Below, in pieces: positions 56,301 to 64,000 of a DNA stretch of 64,000 bases (its first letter is position 1; the number at the start of each line of letters is the position of its first letter). Origin of the DNA: a virus. The translations under genes were made by a program, and so were the position numbers. The notes below the pieces were generated by a model. The model was not told where the DNA came from, ran no database searches, and saw only the letters and a program-made list of their open reading frames with translations. The stretch covers positions 32,001-96,000 of the IMG/VR virus record IMGVR_UViG_3300021085_000009; one strand, written 5' to 3'.

Positions 56301-58829
56301 TAATGGCATTGCATCTTTAACATTTTCAGGAGCTACTGGATTAAGATCTGATACACCAGTTATATACTTATATGCACCTTCCTTAGTTATAAATAATTTA
56401 TCTTTTCTTGGAAGGAATATTGTAACATCATTAGTAGCAATATTGTTTGGAGCTATTGGAGAACTAAGTGATGATATTCCTCCAGCAAAATCTCCATCTA
56501 AATCTTTAACTGGTCTGAAGTCTAAACAATCTCTTAAATCTACAACTCCGGTTGAGCTTTTAAAACTTGGAATCTCTTCGTACTTAGCAGCTTCAAGAGC
56601 TGAAGGTGTAGGATTACCAGGTGTGTAATATGAATCAACTGAGAAATAATCTCCGCCAGTATGTGTATAATGATCTAAGATAATAGTCATATTACCAGGA
56701 GCTATTGATTCGCCACCTTTTAATATGATTGAAGCCTCGTCATAAAAGTTTGCTCTTTGGCCATTGTCAACAACAAATTTATCTGTTACCAGAGTATTTG
56801 CTCCATCTATAATTGAGGTTACTCTAATTACATCAGCTACTCCTAACTCGTAAGTAGAAGTTCCAGCAGAATATGCAATAGTTTTTGTAACGGTTTGTCG
56901 AGATTTAGTTTTAGGTTGAAAGTTAGTTCTTAACACTGTAACAATAGCTGAAATTTGTATTCCAGAAGTCATTGTTTGGCCAGTTTCTGTAGCAGTTAAA
57001 GTAAACTGTGAGTTATTAACACCACCAGATGTAGAATCAACTTCACTTATTTCAAATGTTCTTCCTGAATTATGATTAGCAATTGATATTTGAATATCGT
57101 CGTCATTTGCTAAAACTCCATTAGTAATAGTAAATACCGCTTCTCCAGTACCACCAATAGTAGTATTAACTCTTTGTCTAACTCTATAAGCACCTGTAGT
57201 AGAACCACTAGTTTCTAAAGTTTTTACTGTGTCATAAGGTAACTTAAATACTAATGTGTTATTAGATGTATCAAACAATGTTGCACCAGCAGTAATATTA
57301 CCACTTGCTCCAGTTCCTAAGTTTCCTTTAAAGTCAACGCCAGATAATACTTGTCCTACGCTTTTTACAGAAGAAAATATATTAGTGCCAGTCATTTGCA
57401 AGTCAAATAAGTATAATCTGTAATGGGCTGGATTAACACCGATATATTCAAGTCCTCTAGCTCTTGCTGTACCTATTGGTGTCGATTGATTTACTGCACT
57501 ATATAAAGTTACAGTTGCTAAATTATTAATGTCTGGAATACCTGTTGTACTATCAGTAGTTAACTTAATATAATTGCCTAGTGGAGTTGAAGTTGTAGCT
57601 CCAGCTGCAGTAGCTGTATCGCTAATGCTTCTTGGTTTATCAATTACAATAGGATCCGATGCAGTCTTTTCGACTCGGTATCCTTGGACATAAGCCACTG
57701 AAGGCTCAACAGTAATAGCCATTTTACTAGAATCACCACCGTCAGCAGCTGATAAGTAACCATTGTTTCCAGCTTCATCATTTAAATGTTCGTTAATATC
57801 TAGGATGAATGGTCTTACTGCATAGTTGCCAGACTCTTCGAATGTTCTTGTAGCAAATCGATCCGATAATGTTGTATCAATTGGATCAGTTGATGTTGTT
57901 TGTGTTACACCATTTTTGACGAGGACTAATGGTATAAAGTTAGTAGTTGTTTGTGATGCTACTACAACATTTTCTTTTATTAGTGTAGCAACTATTTTTA
58001 GTCTGTCTGCGCCTGGCGCTGTATGATTAGGTGTTCCTGACGCGTTATCATTAAGTGATTGGTCAGAGCCAGAAGTAACTATTGATTGAACGACACTCAG
58101 TCCGATTGAGTATGAAGGAGTATTAGTATACTTATCTAATATCAAAGTACTTGTTGGAATATGCACAAATGATCCATGTAAGAAATACACGCCTTCTTCT
58201 ATACTTACACTAGAACCAGTTCCAACTGAATCGCCAGTTATTAATGAGTCGCCATTATTAACATCAGCTCCAACATATTCAGTTGCACTTCCTGTACCAC
58301 CGCCAACTTTACCATACCTGGATCCAGTATTAGTAACAAAAACTTCTCCAGTACCAAATGCTTTTACATTTTTATCTGGGCCTCCAGAACTTAAGTATTT
58401 AATAAACAGCGTTATTGGTTCTCCTGGACTAACGTAAGTGCTTACTGCAATAACCTTTGCTTGAACTTGGTTACCAGTATTACCTGTACCAGTAATTGTT
58501 TTACCTACAAAATCATTTAGGTTTGTAGAAGTAGTATATGTTGCTGCACTGCCAGTAGCAATTGTAGAATTAAATACATCTTCTACTTTTATAAAATCAT
58601 AATCGATATTTACTGTGACCTTACCGCCTATAACTCTTGAGCCATTATTAAAAGCCCATTGACCATACTTATCAATCTGTGCTTGTAGCGCTGTTTGTAA
58701 CTGAGTAAGTTCTCTAGCTTGAACTGAATAGCCAGGCTTAAATAAGATTCTATGATAATTTTTTGACTCATCAAAATCATCATGATATGGTTTATCTGGA
58801 TTGTTATAAAGGCTTTTACTTATTGTCAT
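53343..58829 (-). CDS. Large baseplate-associated structural protein (DUF4815 / VrlC-like)
   Basis: PYHDDFDESKNYHRILFKPGYSVQARELTQLQ, APGADRL, YTMRDIGKLDKRI.TLEYYTSLSLLE, KNGFIVDNF and DPVAQTF. Confidence 0.9.
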   Translation of the reverse strand: MTISKSLYNNPDKPYHDDFDESKNYHRILFKPGYSVQARELTQLQTALQAQIDKYGQWAFNNGSRVIGGKVTVNIDYDFIKVEDVFNSTIATGSAATYTTSTNLNDFVGKTITGTGNTGNQVQAKVIAVSTYVSPGEPITLFIKYLSSGGPDKNVKAFGTGEVFVTNTGSRYGKVGGGTGSATEYVGADVNNGDSLITGDSVGTGSSVSIEEGVYFLHGSFVHIPTSTLILDKYTNTPSYSIGLSVVQSIVTSGSDQSLNDNASGTPNHTAPGADRLKIVATLIKENVVVASQTTTNFIPLVLVKNGVTQTTSTDPIDTTLSDRFATRTFEESGNYAVRPFILDINEHLNDEAGNNGYLSAADGGDSSKMAITVEPSVAYVQGYRVEKTASDPIVIDKPRSISDTATAAGATTSTPLGNYIKLTTDSTTGIPDINNLATVTLYSAVNQSTPIGTARARGLEYIGVNPAHYRLYLFDLQMTGTNIFSSVKSVGQVLSGVDFKGNLGTGASGNITAGATLFDTSNNTLVFKLPYDTVKTLETSGSTTGAYRVRQRVNTTIGGTGEAVFTITNGVLANDDDIQISIANHNSGRTFEISEVDSTSGGVNNSQFTLTATETGQTMTSGIQISAIVTVLRTNFQPKTKSRQTVTKTIAYSAGTSTYELGVADVIRVTSIIDGANTLVTDKFVVDNGQRANFYDEASIILKGGESIAPGNMTIILDHYTHTGGDYFSVDSYYTPGNPTPSALEAAKYEEIPSFKSSTGVVDLRDCLDFRPVKDLDGDFAGGISSLSSPIAPNNIATNDVTIFLPRKDKLFITKEGAYKYITGVSDLNPVAPENVKDAMPLYTLNISPYVFNKLDIKPVPFDNKRYTMRDIGKLDKRIKTLEYYTSLSLLEKSAQGTPLLDSDGNPRIKNGFIVDNFTGHNIGNSNDPDYQISVDKDAGIARPSFDERGVNLVRKSNDTGTCVNSSVESGVKGNTLAGSGDMVTLPYTTANYIDQPFSTYAEFVNPYDIFVWEGKIELSPASDEWKEVDVRPDIIIDDTSVYDQFVAMAKQEGILGTVWNEWETNWTGREVTETTSNKRLVSRNKAEAMGFVAPGRNGGRRAEVQDVQKAITETGSQSRSGLTTSVASDTQFKEVGDYVVETNFIPFIRSRKIFFNAELLKPNSKLDAFFNGTKVTSYCRQESSFVKFSTRSNVKSHTGESAHPDSNSGALVTDAAGRCIGSFIIPRNDVLKFKTGTREFKLTDSPTNDSSEADTYASANYYAQGLLEVHQKTIIATKVPRLVTREVSSASKAVSRTTFERSTELIRWTDPVAQTFTITDPDSTGAGVFLNEIELFFESIDANIPLEVSIRSVDNGYPTQKVIPGSDVTVYPANINISSDASAGTVIRFKHPVYLERDSEYSIVLIANSADYKVYVSEVGGMDLTITNKRVNKQPYNGVFFTSANASTWTAEQTKDLKFKLNRCQFSTTANQFVTLVNDSIEPKKLNPDSLEYIATNKIRVYHSNHGHYGSGSHQVIIAGYVAGNGITNVAHINKAHTITEIEHDSYVITHAGTATTVGIFGGGDNVTATENMLYNTLVLKMENTQVPGTSIQTDLTGISAASQDSTTQQSYTAQTQIEILPNSNFVPEKPYMVMSPNANGGATTLTEIKCTLNNNGNDRISPTIDLERTSLFTIQNRINDATAPYYATNSRLVAETQPSGTTNLAKYITKKIELENEADLIDVYMSVARPADSSVDLYYKVQSGADDSDFTQLNWRPANPVNTIPVSDSGMSEAHFEINPTVANSLAGGVVDGAFSKFAIKVVLRSRNSSNVPMLGDFRAIATTA

Positions 58830-58851
58830 CTTTTTTCTCTCTTCTTACTAT

Positions 58852-58859
58852 TATTTATA
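58852..58859 (-). promoter_or_regulatory. T4 late promoter TATAAATA
   Basis: Exact consensus in the intergenic gap. Confidence 0.8.
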
Positions 58860-58866
58860 TAGTATA

Positions 58867-60384
58867 TTAGAATTCAATTATGAGTTTAATATCTTCAATC
58901 TGTGTAGCTGTTCTACTAATAGGTGCTCTGTTTTCTAGGAATACCATTTCGCCGCTACCTTTATGTGCTTCTGCTGTAAAATTAAATCCACCGTTTCCTG
59001 TAGTATCTAATGATGCTGAACCTGCTCCGCCATCAGCTGTAGTACTAACTGTCTCACCTGTAGTGAACTTAGTATAACCAGTCTTTTCATTTTGGTGGTA
59101 ATAAATTCTGCCAGCCTGTGCACCGGTCTGCGGTGCTTCTACGACGAATGCTCTAGCTCCACTTGCTCCACCTACAATAACTTGATCAGCATTGAAGTTT
59201 ACTGAGGATTGACCAGATGCGATTTTTAAAAACTGTGTTCCTTTTAGAGTAGTTGCTGTGGCAGGTGTAGTTAAATTTCCTGCTACAATAGCTCCAACAG
59301 AAACTCCACTAGCAATTGATGATGGATTCTTAATTAAACTAACTTGTCTAAAATCTTGATTAATTGTAAGATCATTACCAGATCCTTCATTACCTGTAAG
59401 TAAACTATTAATACCAACATAGAAAGCTCCAAGTTCTGCTACTGGATCTACACCATGTCCGCCTGCAGGAGCAAGGACTGCTCTAGCTTCTGCAATAACT
59501 GGAGTTCCACTATCACTTGTGTTTTTTGTTATAACAACATCTGCTACTGTGTAATTGCTTCCTTTATTAGTAATAGTAATACTAGTAATTCTACCACTAG
59601 AATCAATATCCTGTGCAGTAATATCAGCAGCAGCATTAATTCCGTCACCCGTAATAGTAACAGTCGGCCTATTAGTTGTACTATAACCAGAGCCTGAAGT
59701 AACGCTATCAACGCCGTTAGTAACAAGAACTAATCTTTCAATTCCTTCGCGGTTAGCACTAGCATTTGAAGCTATCTGCGCAGCTTGTTGAGGCTGATTA
59801 GGATCAGTAGCTGCAAGAGCTGGAGTTAATGCTAAAGTTTTAACTGGCATGTATGAAGTGGTTAGGAATTTTTCTGAATCAGCAACGGTAACTGTATACA
59901 TATATTTCCATTGGTAACCATCCTCTGCAGCACCTATAGGTTGTTCTGACGTATGTACAGGTTCAACTGAAACACCTGCAGGGCCAGCAATAATACATTT
60001 ATAAACTTTAAACTGAGAAGTCATAACATAGAACGGGCTTTGAGAATCAAAGATAGATGTAGGTGTTATTACACCACTAACAGATTCTTTATAATTTGAA
60101 TCCCATGGTTGATAACTATCTCCTGCAGTCCAATTATGTCTTGGTACTACGTGTGATACATCACCGGCCGCAATCTTTTTAAGACCGATCATGTTCTGCC
60201 AAGCTTCTGCTACGTTTGTTTGGTTGTCGTATGGAGTAAAAGCATCAGTGTCTGTTTTATCGGATGTGCTGTTTGACCAAACGTCTGCTTTACCGATGCC
60301 AACATATACACTACTAGTTTCTACGTCCTCTTTAAAATTTTGAGCATTTACTACTCTAAATTGTGAAGTTACTATTGCTGTCAT
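58867..60384 (-). CDS. gp8: Baseplate wedge subunit
   Basis: MTAIVTSQFR, VVPRHNW, FYVMTSQFKVYKC, DGYQWKYMYT, GGHGVDPVAELG and QIEDIKLIIEF. Confidence 0.93.
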   Translation of the reverse strand: MTAIVTSQFRVVNAQNFKEDVETSSVYVGIGKADVWSNSTSDKTDTDAFTPYDNQTNVAEAWQNMIGLKKIAAGDVSHVVPRHNWTAGDSYQPWDSNYKESVSGVITPTSIFDSQSPFYVMTSQFKVYKCIIAGPAGVSVEPVHTSEQPIGAAEDGYQWKYMYTVTVADSEKFLTTSYMPVKTLALTPALAATDPNQPQQAAQIASNASANREGIERLVLVTNGVDSVTSGSGYSTTNRPTVTITGDGINAAADITAQDIDSSGRITSITITNKGSNYTVADVVITKNTSDSGTPVIAEARAVLAPAGGHGVDPVAELGAFYVGINSLLTGNEGSGNDLTINQDFRQVSLIKNPSSIASGVSVGAIVAGNLTTPATATTLKGTQFLKIASGQSSVNFNADQVIVGGASGARAFVVEAPQTGAQAGRIYYHQNEKTGYTKFTTGETVSTTADGGAGSASLDTTGNGGFNFTAEAHKGSGEMVFLENRAPISRTATQIEDIKLIIEF

Positions 60385-60409
60385 TTTTCTAATTCCCGTT
60401 GTTTATACA

Positions 60410-62755
60410 TTATGTTGTAGACTTATATGTTATGCTACTCATACCGTTATATCTATTTATATTAGTTATAGATGTAGTTGTAAGTAAATTTGCACCATAT
60501 TCTTTTAATGGCACATTATCTCTAAATTTTCTGGTTGGAAACCAGTTGTTCTTTTTAATATTATAAAAATTATTATCATGATTAATTTCAAAGGTATCTT
60601 CAAATAGATTCATTACTAATTGTAATATCATAGTAGTGTCTTTAGCTCTTACTTCGTCTTGAACACCAGAGCCAAGTCTTACCTCAGGTTCAAATATATA
60701 TCCGTTACCAGCATTAGTAGGAGTTATAATCGTGGTATCTGCTAATGATGAAGGAACTAATTCAGCTCTTAATATACCATTACCAGTAACTGTTACTGTT
60801 GGAACTGATGTGTAACCACTTCCATGGTTCGTCATAACAATTCTACTTATATTACCATTATCCATCTGTGCTACTGCAGTAGCATTGGATCCGCCGCCGC
60901 CACTTATTGTTACTGTCGGTGCTGATGAATAGCCACTACCACCATTTACTATTTGTATATTATTAATCGTTGTTGGCTGAAGTAAAAGTGATGCTGTTGC
61001 TTGAACGTTAGTTGATAGTGGTTGTCCTAAAGCATTCTTTGCTGTTGGCGCATCTATAACTACCTTAGGTGCAATTCTGTATTTATGATTAACGTCTGAA
61101 AGACCATGTAAAAATATTTTACTTATACTTCCAGGATTACTTACTGCTGGTATTGAAGCCGCAATTTCTGTGTAACCTGATCCTACATTAGTAATAACAA
61201 ATCCATCTGGTGATAATGAACCAGATGCTGTAACCTTACATGTAACAGCTCCGGCCGATCCACCTGCTCCTGTTATAGTAACAGTTGGCCCAGCATAAAG
61301 CTTTTCGCCATTAACTATTGTTTCAGTGCTAAGATTTATTGGATAACCATAACCTGCTTTAGCAATTTCAGCTGAAAGAATTTTACCAACATTTGGATTA
61401 GCTTGCCCATTCGGTAATGTGGTTGGTTGTAAATTAATACTAATTTGTCCACTTCTTTTAATAAATGCAGATGGTCTTGGTTCAAACATTGACGCAAACA
61501 TTTTAACTAGAACTGGAACATCTTCTATTCCAATCACACCAGGCTGTCTGTCAGGCATAGATGATAAAGTTAATCTATTAATTCTAGGATAACCATAAAA
61601 GAATTGCCCTGTGCCCTGACCATGTTTTGGTCCACCAATATGAGGAACCTCGTACATAGCTTTGGTGTTATCTCCTAAAGCCTTTCTAGTTAATTGTAGT
61701 AATATTAGAATCTCTCCAAAGAATTTAAATCCTGCAGGGTGAACTAATTTACTAAATGCTGATGACCAATCTGTTACGTTCCTACCAGTTCTAATAAGGT
61801 ATGAAAACTTTTGATAAAAGTCGCTGTCTTGTATTTTGATTTCGTCTGATAGCCAACCTTTATGATCTAGGTACTGTCCTTGGGATGCATCCCATGCACC
61901 TGACGAAGGTATTAAAGTTTTATCCCATGGTCTTTCTACTTCAACTTCCTCGTTAAACAATAACCTAAAGAATATTTCAATAGAATCTGAAGAACCTCTA
62001 ACTTTATAGAAGTCAACTATCTTTTTATAAAGAGACCTTTTATCTACATTAGATAAGTCTCTAGGAATAGCAGCTGCTACTTCTTTCTGCATCATCTCTA
62101 AATAATCTTCTGTGTTCGCATCGATGTCTAACGCTTCTTCAATTGCGTTCAGCACATATGATGGACCAGGTCCTACCCAATATGTAATTACAGTTGTAAA
62201 GGTAGCTTGTAAACCATCAAAGGTATCATCGCCAAAAACAATTCTAAAGGTTTTGCCGTGAGGGTTAGTATTATTTTTAAGCGAGCCAGGAAGTTCGTTA
62301 CCATTAGTAATATTAAGCTGTGGTGCATTAGCGCCAGTAAATGATATTGGTATACTTTGTCCTGGGTTATATACAACATTGTCAACTGTCATATCAGCAT
62401 CAGTAGTATTCTTAATTAGTAATGTACTACTTGCTCCCTGAAAGTCTGAAAAGAAATGATCATTAGAATTCTCAGGATCCTTAACTCTAAAGATAGCTTG
62501 CTTACTTAAAATAGTATCAAGGAAGACTTCGGTCTCTTGATATATAAACTCTTCCATATTATTAAATTCATAATATGATTTAAGTAATTCTTTAATGCCT
62601 CTTTGATTAGACTGATCTCCACTACCAACTTGGTCCTGAAGAATATTAGTAGGGATAAGTTCATCAAGTCTAAGATTTTCTTTTGTCTTACGCTTACTCG
62701 AAGCAACTGATTCGATATAACCAGGTGTTTGTGCTTCTCCTCCATATCGAGCCAT
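60410..62755 (-). CDS. gp7: Baseplate wedge initiator
   Basis: FYKVRGSSDSIEIFFRLLF, IQDSDFYQKFSYLI, LVHPAGFKFFGE and GGSGYSSAPTVTI repeats. Located between gp6 and gp8. Confidence 0.85.
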   Translation of the reverse strand: MARYGGEAQTPGYIESVASSKRKTKENLRLDELIPTNILQDQVGSGDQSNQRGIKELLKSYYEFNNMEEFIYQETEVFLDTILSKQAIFRVKDPENSNDHFFSDFQGASSTLLIKNTTDADMTVDNVVYNPGQSIPISFTGANAPQLNITNGNELPGSLKNNTNPHGKTFRIVFGDDTFDGLQATFTTVITYWVGPGPSYVLNAIEEALDIDANTEDYLEMMQKEVAAAIPRDLSNVDKRSLYKKIVDFYKVRGSSDSIEIFFRLLFNEEVEVERPWDKTLIPSSGAWDASQGQYLDHKGWLSDEIKIQDSDFYQKFSYLIRTGRNVTDWSSAFSKLVHPAGFKFFGEILILLQLTRKALGDNTKAMYEVPHIGGPKHGQGTGQFFYGYPRINRLTLSSMPDRQPGVIGIEDVPVLVKMFASMFEPRPSAFIKRSGQISINLQPTTLPNGQANPNVGKILSAEIAKAGYGYPINLSTETIVNGEKLYAGPTVTITGAGGSAGAVTCKVTASGSLSPDGFVITNVGSGYTEIAASIPAVSNPGSISKIFLHGLSDVNHKYRIAPKVVIDAPTAKNALGQPLSTNVQATASLLLQPTTINNIQIVNGGSGYSSAPTVTISGGGGSNATAVAQMDNGNISRIVMTNHGSGYTSVPTVTVTGNGILRAELVPSSLADTTIITPTNAGNGYIFEPEVRLGSGVQDEVRAKDTTMILQLVMNLFEDTFEINHDNNFYNIKKNNWFPTRKFRDNVPLKEYGANLLTTTSITNINRYNGMSSITYKSTT
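60454..60461 (-). promoter_or_regulatory. T4 late promoter embedded in the gp7 3' end (serves gp8)
   Basis: Exact TATAAATA about 70 bp upstream of the gp8 ATG. Confidence 0.6.
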
Positions 62756-62758
62756 GTG

Positions 62759-64000
62759 TTATCCTCTAAGTCTTGATGTTGTGTTATATGATATAGTACC
62801 AGTACTTCCTGATACAGCGATTGAATCAATCTCTGGATTAATAGAAGTCTTTAATGGATCGATTGCGATTAGCTGATCTCTCTTAGGAGCAATGTCTAAA
62901 GAAGCTGGTGTCGCCGTAATTTTAATTCCACCTGTTGGAAGAACTGAAGGAGCAAAGTTATTTAATACAACTTTACCTGTAGTAGAATTTACAGTACCTG
63001 CATCAGCAACTACAATATTTTCTTTACCACTTACGATTTTATAAACATATACTCTACGTTCGTCTTGTCCTTCCACTGCTTCATCTCCAAAGAAGTGATC
63101 AACTCCACCAACTTGGAATCCTGATGATGTAATAACTGAATCAGTACTACTACCAGTGACATAGAAAGAACCTGTAAAGAATAAAGTAAAACTATTTTCT
63201 GCTCGATTTAAACTAGGTGTAATTGTTTTGAATAACATAGGACGTACAGTAGAGTTAACAATTGATGGATCAGCGTTATCGATTGCTTTTAATAGCTGTG
63301 AATGTCTGAACACTCCATCAAATTTGTTAAGGTTATTAAAGTTATAATCTTCTACTGTATCACTGACCACGCTAAGTAGATCACTTGCACTTCTGTCAGT
63401 CAGGTTATTATTATATTTAAAGAATACATCTAACTCTAGGTAAGTATAGTTAGGATCAACCATGACCGGAGTAATAGAGACCACGTTCTTACCTTTAAGG
63501 ATAGTATTCTTAATTGTATTCTTTTGAGCGTCTGTTAGTTTTTCGTTCTGTACTGGTTTAACACAGACATATACGCTACCATAATCTGGTGGATCATTAT
63601 CTTCACCACCCCAGGTACTAATCGCATCGATGTCTGAGAACTCTCTTTGAATAATAGCACGATAGTCATCTGTGGTTACCGCTCTGTTCTGAGAAGTAAA
63701 TGTTAGCGGAGCATTATATCGTATTGACTCTAATGTCTCTCTGTCCGCGCCGCCAGTAGACTTACTGACCAGGCTTATTGCGACTGATGATGCACTGAAT
63801 GGTCCGATATTAATATTAGATCCCATTCCGAAATTTGTCGCACCATTTACATCCTTACCATTTGTATACACATAGTCGAGCGTTACGATATTATTTGACT
63901 GAGGACGAGCACCAATGACACCATCGCCAAAGAACACTTCGTAATATTCATTTGCATTCTCTTGTAGATGAAAGATTCGAGTTGCAGCGTCGACATTCAG
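62759..64000 (-). CDS. gp6: Baseplate wedge subunit (5' part outside the window)
   Basis: Frame is open to the window edge (LNVDAATRIFHLQENANEYYEVFFGDG). Motifs ESIRYNAP...QNRAVTTDDY and WGGEDNDPPDYGSV. Confidence 0.95.
   Translation of the reverse strand: MNVDAATRIFHLQENANEYYEVFFGDGVIGARPQSNNIVTLDYVYTNGKDVNGATNFGMGSNINIGPFSASSVAISLVSKSTGGADRETLESIRYNAPLTFTSQNRAVTTDDYRAIIQREFSDIDAISTWGGEDNDPPDYGSVYVCVKPVQNEKLTDAQKNTIKNTILKGKNVVSITPVMVDPNYTYLELDVFFKYNNNLTDRSASDLLSVVSDTVEDYNFNNLNKFDGVFRHSQLLKAIDNADPSIVNSTVRPMLFKTITPSLNRAENSFTLFFTGSFYVTGSSTDSVITSSGFQVGGVDHFFGDEAVEGQDERRVYVYKIVSGKENIVVADAGTVNSTTGKVVLNNFAPSVLPTGGIKITATPASLDIAPKRDQLIAIDPLKTSINPEIDSIAVSGSTGTISYNTTSRLRG

Noticed and set aside
1-64000. 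tRNA/rRNA genes or genetic-code reassignment
   Set aside because: Intergenic gaps are short with no cloverleaf motifs, and standard code 11 gives full-length proteins throughout.

Overview
About 64 kb of an AT-rich, lytic T4-like myovirus with a marine cyanophage/pelagiphage-type gene order. Every credible gene is on the minus strand. In transcription order (right to left): baseplate wedge gp6 (partial), gp7, gp8, a DUF4815/VrlC-like protein, a ~30 kb cluster of five giant fibre genes plus adaptors that sits where T4 has gp9-gp12/wac, neck gp13-15, terminase gp16/17, tail gp18/19, portal gp20, a gp67 missed by the ORF track, gp21-23, gp3, uvsY, uvsW, gp55, gp47, gp46, and an early module (vWA-metallopeptidase, MoxR/CobS-like AAA ATPase, DUF3310 protein). 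T4 late promoters (TATAAATA) precede most structural genes. A second promoter class, TGTACA-N17-TATAAT with an extended -10, occurs five times. Main observations: (1) the fibre genes look like a gene-order daisy chain of reused T4 plug-and-socket junction modules (gp36-C/gp37-N and gp9-C/gp34-N like); (2) a lone inverted promoter followed by a G-rich tract fires antisense toward uvsW/uvsY, a candidate R-loop origin or antisense RNA; (3) DNA-level repeats within and between fibre genes suggest ongoing module shuffling; (4) ~78-bp direct promoter repeats bracket the vWA-peptidase cassette. All family assignments come from motif recognition by eye; no database searches were run.
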